A DNA stretch of 64,000 nt from the NCBI GenBank assembly GCA_937906475.1, contig CALCZA010000053.1:31392-95391 (forward strand). Reading direction: 5' to 3'. The notes below the pieces were generated by a model that was not told where the DNA came from, did not search any database, and worked only from the letters and a program-made list of their open reading frames with translations. This document shows positions 47,297 through 56,449 of this stretch, piece after piece (position 1 is the first letter of the stretch; each line of letters begins with the position of its first letter). Origin of the DNA: an uncultured bacterium. GTDB taxonomy: Bacteria > Planctomycetota > UBA1135 > UBA2386. Position numbers and translations under genes: made by a program.

Positions 47297-49615
47297 ATGG
47301 TCCTTTCAAAGCACGCCATGAATCTGCACCGAACCGCAACTCTGGGATTCGTTGCGATGGTAATTGCCATCAGCACGACCCAGGCACGCGCCCAGCACTC
47401 TGATGCGCGGCAATGGAACGAACTCTTGCTCGAGTCCATCCGCAATGACTTCGCGCGACCGACTGTACACGCACGCAATCTCTACCACGTGTCCACAGCG
47501 ATGTGGGATGCATGGGCTACCTACGACCAAACCGCCGAGTGCGTGTTGTTCGATGAGAGTCACGCGACAACCAATCCGGCCATTGATGCATGGCGCAGCG
47601 AAGCACTGAGCTACGCCAGCTACCGGATCATGACGGCGCGTTTTACGACGTCGCCCGGCGCACCGGTGATGCTGCCGCAATACGACGCGCTGCTAGTGAC
47701 TCTCGGCTACAACGCCGCGAACACAACCACTATCGGTAACACCCCAGCCGCGATCGGCAACCGTATCGCGGCGACCGTACTGGCGTTCGGGGCCGGGGAC
47801 AACTCGAACGAAGCGGGCGACTACGCAAACCAATACTACAACCCGGTCAATCTCGCGTTGCTGCCCGACTTTCCGGGCAACCCGAACCTCGGCTACCCGA
47901 ACCGCTGGCAGCCACTGTCGCTGCAATGGTACATTGGCCAGTCCAACATTCCGATACCGCTCGGCTACCCGGAGTTTCTCAGCCCAGAGTGGGGACAAGT
48001 CACGCCGTTCGCGTTGTCGCAAAACGACCTGACCGTCTACCAACGCGGAGGCTTCGACTACTGGGTCTACAAGGATCCGAGCGACCCGCCGAGGCTCGAT
48101 ACACCGACCGCAGCCGACTACAAATGGGGCTTCGAGATGGTGTCTGCATGGTCGTCGCACCTCGACCCGAGTGACGGCGTGATGATCGACATCTCGCCCG
48201 GTGCAATCGGCAACTCGCCGACGCTGCCAGGCTCCGCACAACTCGCGCAGTTCTACGACTTCACGAACGGCGGCGACTCGGGAACCGGCCATCCGCTCAA
48301 CCCGGTAACAGGCCTTCCATACGCCCCGCAAGTGGTTCCGCGTGGCGACTACGGCCGCGTTCTCGCTGAGTTCTGGGCGGATGGCCCGGACTCCGAAACG
48401 CCACCCGGCCACTGGTTCACGCTCCTCAACTACGTCTCGGATCACCCGCAGACCGTGAAGCAGATCGGCGGCATCGGCCCAACCGTCACGGAACTCGAGT
48501 GGGACGTGAAGGCTTACCTCGTGCTCAGCGGTGCCATGCACGATTGCGCAGTCGCCGCGTGGGGCGTGAAGGGTTGGTATGACTACCTGCGCCCAATCAG
48601 CGCGCTGCGCTACATGGCTGATCGCTACGCGGTCAGTCCGAACGATCCGCACGCGATTACGCTACACCCCGGCTTGATCGAAGAGATCTCTCCCGCCAGT
48701 GCAGCCCCCAATAACCGTCACGCACACTTGTCGGCTCACGTCGGCGAAGTTGCGATCCTCGCCTGGCGCGGCCCGGACTACATCGTCAACCCCGCCGTCG
48801 ACATGGCTGGTGTTGGCTGGATTCTCGCCAGCCGCTTCTGGCCGTATCAACGTCCATCGTTCGTGACGCCGCCATTCGCTGGCTACGTCTCCGGCCACAG
48901 CACCTACAGCCGCGCCGCTGCGGTCGTGCTCGATCAGTTGACTGGCTCGCCATGGTTCCCGGGTGGACTGGGCGAGTTCCAATGCTTGCAGAACCAGTTT
49001 CTCGTCTTCGAAGAAGGCCCGAGCGTCAACATCACGCTGCAATGGGCGAGCTACTACGACGCATCTGATCAGTGCTCGCTGTCTCGCATCTGGGGCGGTA
49101 TCCACCCACCAGCTGACGACATTCCCGGCCGCGAAATGGGTCAGGAGATCGGCGAAGAGTCGTTCGCGCGGGCCGAGCAAATCTGGAACGGCACCGCTGC
49201 TCCGATTGCGACGTACACGACCACAGGTACTGGCTGTGTCGGTTCGAGTGGCAACCCAATGGCGATGACTGGCGTGCCGAGTGCACGTCCGGTGATCGGC
49301 TCGACGATGAAGGTCGACGTCACTGGCATACCGGCCGTCATGACCGGCTTCCTAATGATTGCCGGCGTCACGCCGGTCATCCCAGGTTTCGACCTGACGG
49401 GCATCGGCATGCCGGGCTGCTCGCTCGACCTGCAGATCATCATGACCGAGATCATTCCATCTACGGCAGGGGAAGGTCAGTGGTCGCTCGCGATTCCGAA
49501 CAGCCCGATCTGGCTGGGATTCTCAATCTACCACCAAGCCGTTGGCCTTGATCTGTCGGCCAACACTGCGGGGTTCATTATCTCGCACTTGGGCACGGCA
49601 ACCGTCGGCATCTAG
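47297..49615 (+). CDS. secreted PAP2-superfamily / vanadium-haloperoxidase-like protein with extra C-terminal beta module
   Basis: 772 aa with a signal peptide. It has the PAP2-type motifs YVSGHSTYS and SRIWGGIHPPADDIPGREMG. The last 129 aa (from GTGCVGSSGNP, 49226..49612) form a separate module. Confidence 0.75.
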   Translation: MVLSKHAMNLHRTATLGFVAMVIAISTTQARAQHSDARQWNELLLESIRNDFARPTVHARNLYHVSTAMWDAWATYDQTAECVLFDESHATTNPAIDAWRSEALSYASYRIMTARFTTSPGAPVMLPQYDALLVTLGYNAANTTTIGNTPAAIGNRIAATVLAFGAGDNSNEAGDYANQYYNPVNLALLPDFPGNPNLGYPNRWQPLSLQWYIGQSNIPIPLGYPEFLSPEWGQVTPFALSQNDLTVYQRGGFDYWVYKDPSDPPRLDTPTAADYKWGFEMVSAWSSHLDPSDGVMIDISPGAIGNSPTLPGSAQLAQFYDFTNGGDSGTGHPLNPVTGLPYAPQVVPRGDYGRVLAEFWADGPDSETPPGHWFTLLNYVSDHPQTVKQIGGIGPTVTELEWDVKAYLVLSGAMHDCAVAAWGVKGWYDYLRPISALRYMADRYAVSPNDPHAITLHPGLIEEISPASAAPNNRHAHLSAHVGEVAILAWRGPDYIVNPAVDMAGVGWILASRFWPYQRPSFVTPPFAGYVSGHSTYSRAAAVVLDQLTGSPWFPGGLGEFQCLQNQFLVFEEGPSVNITLQWASYYDASDQCSLSRIWGGIHPPADDIPGREMGQEIGEESFARAEQIWNGTAAPIATYTTTGTGCVGSSGNPMAMTGVPSARPVIGSTMKVDVTGIPAVMTGFLMIAGVTPVIPGFDLTGIGMPGCSLDLQIIMTEIIPSTAGEGQWSLAIPNSPIWLGFSIYHQAVGLDLSANTAGFIISHLGTATVGI

Positions 49616-49620
49616 TCGAC

Positions 49621-49658
49621 GCGCTTCGCGGTCGAGGCAATCCGCCTCGAGCAAGCGC
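49621..49658 (+). terminator. extended hairpin after the haloperoxidase-like gene
   Basis: The inner stem is TCGAGGC-AATCC-GCCTCGA. It is flanked by GCGCTT(C)GC / GCAAGCGC and followed by a GU-rich GTGTGTTG. Confidence 0.5.
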
Positions 49659-49855
49659 ACGGTGTGTTGCCCCATCGCACGCGCAGCATCGTTTGTTGCC
49701 CTTGACGGGACCGAGAAAACCAGGCGGAAGATGGCTACCAGACTGAGCCATTCCTATGCCTCGCTGGACAATCCGTCCAACACCTCGACGCCCTCGGCAA
49801 CACTGGATTAACAACTTCAATCAGCGATGATCTGGGCAGTTCCGGACTACCCGAC

Positions 49856-50620
49856 ATGACCCCAGACGAGAAACTCGAATCGGTGCTAAAGCGGCAAACG
49901 CGCTTTGCGGAACTGATCCACGTGCAGTCGTGCGACTCAACCCAAGATCTCGCGGCTCAAGAACCTGCGGGTGGCAATGAGATGTCTGGTGACGCCGTGT
50001 TCTGGGCGGACCACCAGATCCAAGGACGGGGCCGCCAGCAGCGCTATTGGGATGACGAAGCCGGGCTAGATTTGGCGGTAACGCTGCGTGTCACCACCAA
50101 GTTAAGCAACCCGGTCGCCCTGCCCGCGGCGCTACCAGTGGCCGTTCTCCAAGCGTGTGAGCCGATCGCCGGACAGTCCTTGCGCATCAAGTGGCCGAAC
50201 GATGTCTACGCCCACGACCGGAAGTTGTCGGGGGTGTTGATCGATCGCGACACAGCGCGGCCCGACACCTATCGCATCGGGGTTGGCATCAACGCCAACC
50301 GCACAAAGTTCGAGGGCGCGCTCGCCGACATCGGCACGTCACTGGCGTTGCTTAGTGGCAAGCAGCAGGATCGACATGCGCTGGTGCTGGCGTTGGCGAC
50401 GCGCGTTGATGCGATGGTTGCAGCGATCGAGCACAGTGATCTGCGCGAGCACGAGGCCCTGTTCCGCGAACGACTCGGCCTGCTTAATGAACGTGTCGAA
50501 GTGCACGCTAGAGAGACGGTCGTCGGCACGCTGACGGCGATCGACTTCGCGAACCTGGTACTCGACGAACGAATCACCGTGCCACTCGCGATCGTTCGCT
50601 CGCTACGGCGCGCGCCCTAG
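49856..50620 (+). CDS. birA: biotin--[acetyl-CoA-carboxylase] ligase (group I, no HTH)
   Basis: 254 aa. It has the HQIQGRGRQQRYW (GRGRxxRxW) motif and KWPNDV. Confidence 0.8.
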   Translation: MTPDEKLESVLKRQTRFAELIHVQSCDSTQDLAAQEPAGGNEMSGDAVFWADHQIQGRGRQQRYWDDEAGLDLAVTLRVTTKLSNPVALPAALPVAVLQACEPIAGQSLRIKWPNDVYAHDRKLSGVLIDRDTARPDTYRIGVGINANRTKFEGALADIGTSLALLSGKQQDRHALVLALATRVDAMVAAIEHSDLREHEALFRERLGLLNERVEVHARETVVGTLTAIDFANLVLDERITVPLAIVRSLRRAP

Positions 50621-51399
50621 TGCTGCGCCGGCTCGAATGCTGCCAGCAGTCGCGCTTCGTATTGCACAATTTTGGTCGGCGGTGGACCGCTCAGCAACTT
50701 GGCCAAGAACTGTTGGTCCCCCTGCTCGGCGCGCAGCAACGGATAGCCCTTCGACTGCAACCACGCGTTCATGCCAAGCCAGGCAATCACCATGTTGAAG
50801 TCCGGAAACGGAGCCAGGCGCGCAAAGCGCCACATCAACCGAAAGCCCTGCCGCACTGGGTGCAGCGCGTTGAACACAATCGGCACATCACGGAAGCAGC
50901 GTTTGTTGTCGAACGAGTCGAGCAAGCAGCGCAACTGCTCCGGCGCTGGGTAGTTCATGTAGAGCAACGCGTCCCACGGCGGACTACGGCGCAGGTCGTT
51001 ATTGCGGAACCGCGGTAGGTCCTTCGCCATCGTTCGGAACATCTCGACCATGAACCAGCCATCCGGTGGGATGCTGTTCGAGGCCCGTTGCCGAATCATG
51101 CGCAGGCACCTCTTCAGACCATGGACTAGGCGATACTCCTGACTCAGCGGCGACATCTTGCTGTCCTGACTCGCCAAAATGTGACCGGCGTCCTCTTGGT
51201 CGATCACGAACCCGCGCAACTGCAGGCACGAGGCTAGGAACTCAGCGTCGGTTGGTGCAGGGCGACGGATTCCATCCATTGCACACTGGGCCCCAGCGAT
51301 AAGATCTTGGTCAACTCCTTTGCCCACGAGCCGACTAGCCAAAGCCAAATCGGCTCGATCAAGCATCGACAGGCCTTGCTTGTTCTGCTGGTGCGTCAC
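50617..51399 (-). CDS. Fic-fold protein with degenerate active-site motif
   Basis: 260 aa. Residues 195-220 (LAPFPDFNMVIAWLGMNAWLQSKGYP) align position by position with the Fic core HPFxDGNGRxxRxxxNxxLxxxGYP, but lack the His, the GNG and both Arg. The stop is shared with birA in a CTAG overlap. Confidence 0.65.
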   Translation of the reverse strand: MTHQQNKQGLSMLDRADLALASRLVGKGVDQDLIAGAQCAMDGIRRPAPTDAEFLASCLQLRGFVIDQEDAGHILASQDSKMSPLSQEYRLVHGLKRCLRMIRQRASNSIPPDGWFMVEMFRTMAKDLPRFRNNDLRRSPPWDALLYMNYPAPEQLRCLLDSFDNKRCFRDVPIVFNALHPVRQGFRLMWRFARLAPFPDFNMVIAWLGMNAWLQSKGYPLLRAEQGDQQFLAKLLSGPPPTKIVQYEARLLAAFEPAQH

Positions 51400-51433
51400 T
51401 CAGCATTAATTTTCGGCATGATGACCCTCTCGC

Positions 51434-53503
51434 ATGGAAGCCAGCTCGAACTCTGATTCACCGTCCACTGAAACGCCCTTGCCATCGAAGAAACCGAGGA
51501 GGCTCTTCCGCGTCTTTGTCTTTGGTTTCTGCGCGCTGCTCTTACTAGTGCTCTTAACGCCCTACGCGTTATCACTCGGATATCTGCGTTCGAAAGTGCA
51601 AACGGAGTTCAGTTCCCACCTGCGCGGCAAGTGCGAAGTCACCGATGTGTCGTTCTCCTGGTTGTCCGGAGTGAGCGTCGAAAACCTGCGCATCGAGAAC
51701 CCGCCAGAGTTCACCCCGGAACGGCCGGCCGTCGTGATGAAGAGCATGAACGCCGACGTGTCAATCATGTCGCTGCTGTTCGGCACCGTGCTAGCGAACG
51801 CGGAGATCACGGGTCTAGAGATCAACGTCGAACAGAAGGCCGATGGCACAACCAACCTGCAAGAACTGGCCGAGGATTCGGATGTGGCACCAGAGCAATC
51901 GAAGCCAAACGAAGAAGAACGGGACGGCGGTGGCAAAGGTGCCGGAAACGTCGGCTTTGACTTCAAGCTGAAGGACTGCGCGGTCACGATCCGCCGTGAA
52001 GGTGAGGTCCTCGAGAGGCTCAGTAACTTCACATTGACTGCGCTCAGCACTGCCGACTCGAGCAACGTCAACATCGACGCCGACGGCAAACTGCTGGCCG
52101 GCGACCTGAAGGTCAACGTGCTCGTCGACCCAACGGCCGACATCACCGACGCCAAGTTGATCACGCACGGTCTCGACCTCAACAGCTGGCGACCGCTGAT
52201 TGACGCGTTCCTGCCCGACCAACTCACGGCGCTGACCGGCAAGGTCAACGGCGACATCACGGCGACGATGCGTGGCAGTGACAAGGTTGAATTGACCGGC
52301 GAACTGATCATCGATAACCCACGCGTGGCGGGTCCTATCGTGCAGGGCATGGACCTGCGGTCCAAGCAATGGAAGATCACGCCGGCGCTCGGGCTCGGCG
52401 GCAAGAGTGCTTCGGACATCGACGCGAGCAAGTTCGTAATCGACTTGGAGTGGCTGCACATCATGGGGCGTCCCTCGACGGCACCCGGTCAAGTCACGCT
52501 CGCCTACGACCTGGACCTGGCGAAGCTGGCGGAGTTCGGTGGTCCGATCCCCGAAATGCTCAAGGGCTCGGGATCGCTACTGGATGGCATCATCTCGATG
52601 CCCAGCAACGATCTACCCAAGGATGCCGCCGGCTGGGTCACGGCACTGATCACCAACGCCGACCTGAAAGTAAAGGCGCTCGACATCGGTGGCTTCGCGC
52701 TGCGCAACATCGACCTCAACGTCAACATGAAGGACGGCGCGCTGACCATCGCAACCACAGAAGCCACCAAGCTCGATGGCGGTGCGTTGTTGATCGGCAT
52801 CAACGTCGACCTCAACAACCTCGCGACGATGCCGGTGTCTGCATCGGTCAAGTGGCAAGGCGGCCAACTCACCGGTGGCGCCACGCAAACGCTGCGCTAC
52901 GTGATGCCGTTGTTCGCGGGCCTCGACGCCGACGCCGCGCGCGTTGTTGGTGACGTCAACCTCGAACTGAACGTCGGTGGCCCGGCGATGATGCAGGAGA
53001 GCGACACCCTGCTTGGCTGGCTAGATGCATGGACTGGCAACGGTTCGCTTGGCCTAGCCAACACCGCATTCGCCCCTTCCAAGCAACTCGAAGGTTTGCT
53101 CGCACCGCTTGGACCACTTACCAAGAACGCCATTCCGGTTGGCGACAAGGGCCGCCTCCAGATCGAGGGCTTCAAGGCGCCGTTCTCATTCTCGAAGGGT
53201 GTGGTCACCAGCACGTCGAGCGAATGGTCGGCAGCCGGACAGAAGATCGGCTTGTCAGGCACAGTCGGCTTCGACGGCAAGATGGACTACTCGATGGACT
53301 TCAGCTCGCTGCTGAAGGGCCACAAAGACGGCCAGAAGGTCTTGAAGGCGCTCAACGGTCAACTGCCGCCGGCGCGCCTCAATGGTTCGATCGGCGACCC
53401 GAAGCTCGGCTTGCCCAAACTGAAGAACGTCGCGAAGAGCCTGGTCGAACAGCAGGGCAAGGACTTGCTGAAGAAGGGCCTCAAGAGCCTCTTCGGCAAG
53501 TAG
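51434..53503 (+). CDS. AsmA-like / DUF748-like membrane-anchored protein
   Basis: 689 aa. It has an N-terminal TM (LFRVFVFGFCALLLLVLL) followed by a long beta-rich region with the AsmA-type N-terminal pattern (V.DVSFSWLSGVSVENLRI.NP..F). Confidence 0.55.
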   Translation: MEASSNSDSPSTETPLPSKKPRRLFRVFVFGFCALLLLVLLTPYALSLGYLRSKVQTEFSSHLRGKCEVTDVSFSWLSGVSVENLRIENPPEFTPERPAVVMKSMNADVSIMSLLFGTVLANAEITGLEINVEQKADGTTNLQELAEDSDVAPEQSKPNEEERDGGGKGAGNVGFDFKLKDCAVTIRREGEVLERLSNFTLTALSTADSSNVNIDADGKLLAGDLKVNVLVDPTADITDAKLITHGLDLNSWRPLIDAFLPDQLTALTGKVNGDITATMRGSDKVELTGELIIDNPRVAGPIVQGMDLRSKQWKITPALGLGGKSASDIDASKFVIDLEWLHIMGRPSTAPGQVTLAYDLDLAKLAEFGGPIPEMLKGSGSLLDGIISMPSNDLPKDAAGWVTALITNADLKVKALDIGGFALRNIDLNVNMKDGALTIATTEATKLDGGALLIGINVDLNNLATMPVSASVKWQGGQLTGGATQTLRYVMPLFAGLDADAARVVGDVNLELNVGGPAMMQESDTLLGWLDAWTGNGSLGLANTAFAPSKQLEGLLAPLGPLTKNAIPVGDKGRLQIEGFKAPFSFSKGVVTSTSSEWSAAGQKIGLSGTVGFDGKMDYSMDFSSLLKGHKDGQKVLKALNGQLPPARLNGSIGDPKLGLPKLKNVAKSLVEQQGKDLLKKGLKSLFGK

Positions 53504-55156
53504 CTACTGCTCGCGATACCGGTGACTGACCGGCATGCGCCGACCGCGCCAACAGCGATCGCTCAGACGCAGCGTCGGCGGATACTGGTACCGCTTCCAC
53601 TCGCTGTTCTGCACAAGCTGGAAGAGTCGTCCGACTTCTGCTCGCGGCATCCCGGTGCGTGCAGCGGTATCTTCGACCGACAGTTCGTTTTCGACGAGGC
53701 AACGCAACACCGGGTCGAGTTTCGAGTAGTCCGGCAAGCTATCCGAGTCTAACTGATCAGGACGCAGTTCGGCACTCGGCGGCTTCTCAATGGAGTTCGC
53801 AGGAATGCGTTCGCCATCGCGATTGAGCCAGCGGCTCATCTGCCAGACTTCGGTCTTCCACAAGTCCGCGATCGGTGCGAGTGCGCCATTGGTGTCGCCG
53901 TAGATCGTGCAGTAACCGACCGCGCACTCACTCTTGTTGCCGGTTGTCAGCAGCAGGTTGCCATGCTTGTTGGCAAACGCCATCAACAGCACACCGCGTG
54001 CGCGTGACTGCAGGTTCTCTTCGGCAAGCCCAGCTTCGGTCCCAGCAAAGACCGGTTCAAGCACCGCAGCGAACGCTTCCTGGAGCGGTGCGATCGACAG
54101 ATTATGGAACGTGATACCGAGGTTGTTCGCGAGTTGCTCGGCGTCGCTCACGCTGTGGCCGCTGCTGTAACTCGAGGGCATACCAATGCCGGTCACGTTG
54201 TCGGCACCCAACGCATCGACCGCAAGCGTTGCAACCAACGCCGAATCGATCCCGCCGGACAAACCAATCACAACCTTCTGGAAGCCGAACTTCTGCACGT
54301 AGGCGCGGATGCCTTGCACGCACGCGCCGTGCTGCATCATGACGAGTTCTGGCTCGACCAGTTCTTCGGACCACGGTTGCTCGGTGTCAACCACGGTCAC
54401 GGCCGCAGCGAACGCGATCGGTTGCGCGGCGATGCCCTCAGCCTTCGCGGCGATCGAACCACCGTCGAACTGCAACTCGACGTCACCGCCGACCTGGTTG
54501 ACGTAGATCATCGGCACGCCATGCCGCTCGGCGGCAGCGGCAACCATACGCGCGCGGAACGTGTGACGACCGCGGGCCCACGGACTCGCACTCAGGTTGA
54601 CGACCAATTGGGCCCCGGCCTCGACAACGCGCGCAACCGGGTCAATCGCGTAGGCGCGACGGCCAAAGAACTGCTCGTCATTCCAGCTGTCCTCGCAGAC
54701 AACCACGCCAATCTTGGTTCCCGCCAGTTCAAACACGTTCTGCTCCGGCTTCTGGAACGGCTCGAAGTAGCGTGACTCATCAAAGACGTCGTAGGTCGGC
54801 AACAGGCACTTGCGCGCAATGATCCGGGCAGTGCCATCACGCAGCAATACGACCGAATTATGCAGTTCGCGGCCACCCGTCTCGGCAGCATCGTCATTGG
54901 CTTCCAGGCAGCCAACCAGAATATCAATGCCGCGCGGCACCGCCTTGGTCAGTTCGACCAGCGATGCGTCGTGCGCCGCCAAGAACGATTTGCGCAACAG
55001 CAGGTCTTCGGCCGGATAGCCGCACACAGCCAGTTCAGGGAACACCGCCAGTTCGGCGCCCTGCGCCAAAGCAAGCTCTGCCGCCGAAACGATCCGTTCG
55101 CGGTTACCGACGAAGTCGCCAACCGTCGTATCGATTTGGCAAAGCGCGACGCGCAT
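53504..55156 (-). CDS. nadE: glutamine-dependent NAD+ synthetase
   Basis: 550 aa. It has an N-terminal CN-hydrolase domain (MRVALCQIDT...FPELAVCGYP) and a C-terminal synthetase domain (GLSGGIDSA). Confidence 0.9.
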   Translation of the reverse strand: MRVALCQIDTTVGDFVGNRERIVSAAELALAQGAELAVFPELAVCGYPAEDLLLRKSFLAAHDASLVELTKAVPRGIDILVGCLEANDDAAETGGRELHNSVVLLRDGTARIIARKCLLPTYDVFDESRYFEPFQKPEQNVFELAGTKIGVVVCEDSWNDEQFFGRRAYAIDPVARVVEAGAQLVVNLSASPWARGRHTFRARMVAAAAERHGVPMIYVNQVGGDVELQFDGGSIAAKAEGIAAQPIAFAAAVTVVDTEQPWSEELVEPELVMMQHGACVQGIRAYVQKFGFQKVVIGLSGGIDSALVATLAVDALGADNVTGIGMPSSYSSGHSVSDAEQLANNLGITFHNLSIAPLQEAFAAVLEPVFAGTEAGLAEENLQSRARGVLLMAFANKHGNLLLTTGNKSECAVGYCTIYGDTNGALAPIADLWKTEVWQMSRWLNRDGERIPANSIEKPPSAELRPDQLDSDSLPDYSKLDPVLRCLVENELSVEDTAARTGMPRAEVGRLFQLVQNSEWKRYQYPPTLRLSDRCWRGRRMPVSHRYREQ

Positions 55157-55161
55157 CGAGT

Positions 55162-56085
55162 CTAGGTCCGCAGCTCGAGTGGCAGGGTGAACTCAATCGT
55201 CTCGGGGTTGCCATCGACTTCTTCGACGTCGGAGACTCCGAGTTCCTTCAGGCGATCGACCACCGCGAGCACACTGCTTTCGGGCGTGCTTGCTCCGGAC
55301 GTCAAGCCGATCGACTCAACGCCTTCGAACCACTCCGCCTTCACTTCGTCGGGACCGAGCAGCAAGTGCGCCGGCACACCGGACTGGGCGCCGAGTTCAC
55401 GTAGACGGTTGCTGTTGCTGCTCATCGGATCCCCGATGACGAGCCAGATGTCGACCCTGCCGCGCAAACTCTTAACTGCCATCTGACGGTTGGTCGTCGC
55501 GTAGCAGATGTCTTCCTTGCGTGGCGTGCGCAGTTCCGGGAAGCGACGTTGCAGCACCGCCATCACTTGCATCGCTTCGTCGACGCTCAACGTCGTCTGG
55601 GTCACGACACCGATCTTGGTCGGATCCGGCACCTCGACCAGTTCGGCCTCAGCAGCCGTCGCCACGACAATCGTGCGCTCCGGCGCTTCGCCGACCACAC
55701 CCTCGACCTCGACGTGCTCCGCGTGGCCGATCAACAAGATCGTGAAGTCGCGAGCGGCAAAGCGGCGCGCTTCAAGATGCACCTTGGTCACCAACGGACA
55801 CGTCGCATCGATCGCGTGCAGTTGATACTTATCCGCCTGATCAAACACTTCCGGCGCGACACCATGAGCGCTGAAGATCACGTGGCTGCCCTTAGGAACC
55901 GTCGCCAAGTCTTCGACAAACAGTGCGCCCTTCTGCTCGAGGTCCTGCACGACGACCTTGTTGTGCACGATCTCGTGACGGACGTAGACCGGACGGCCCC
56001 ACTTACCGAGGGCGCGCTCGACCGTCTCGATCGCGCGTTCGACACCAGCACAGAAGCCACGGGGGCGACAAAGGAGAACCTTCAT
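55162..56085 (-). CDS. ispH: 4-hydroxy-3-methylbut-2-enyl diphosphate reductase
   Basis: 307 aa. Motifs present: PRGFCAGVERAI, HEIVHN, ATCPLVTKVH. Confidence 0.9.
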   Translation of the reverse strand: MKVLLCRPRGFCAGVERAIETVERALGKWGRPVYVRHEIVHNKVVVQDLEQKGALFVEDLATVPKGSHVIFSAHGVAPEVFDQADKYQLHAIDATCPLVTKVHLEARRFAARDFTILLIGHAEHVEVEGVVGEAPERTIVVATAAEAELVEVPDPTKIGVVTQTTLSVDEAMQVMAVLQRRFPELRTPRKEDICYATTNRQMAVKSLRGRVDIWLVIGDPMSSNSNRLRELGAQSGVPAHLLLGPDEVKAEWFEGVESIGLTSGASTPESSVLAVVDRLKELGVSDVEEVDGNPETIEFTLPLELRT

Positions 56086-56449
56086 TGGGGCAAACAGTTT
56101 CGGCCCCAGCGCTGGTTAGGGCAAGGGAGCGGAACTCCCTGGCCGCGAACTGATCAAAAGACTTCGATTACCAACCGGCGGCCCATGACCGCGAGCCGGA
56201 AGCGGGTGGCGGTGACCTTCTGCGCCGCGAGCCCTGCAGTTAGGCACAACGAGATAACGAGGGTCGTAGTGGTTTGCGATTGCATGCAGTTCTCCGGCCC
56301 TTGCTACCGGCCGTTCCGCGACGCGGCTTGAGCTTGTCCGGTGGGGCCGGCGTCCCGGCAAGAGACACGTCGGTCAAGCAATGCCCCGATCGTGCCGATC
56401 TGGGAACGCCGCAGTGTCCTGATCTTCAACAGCTACCAAGGGTTAGCCC

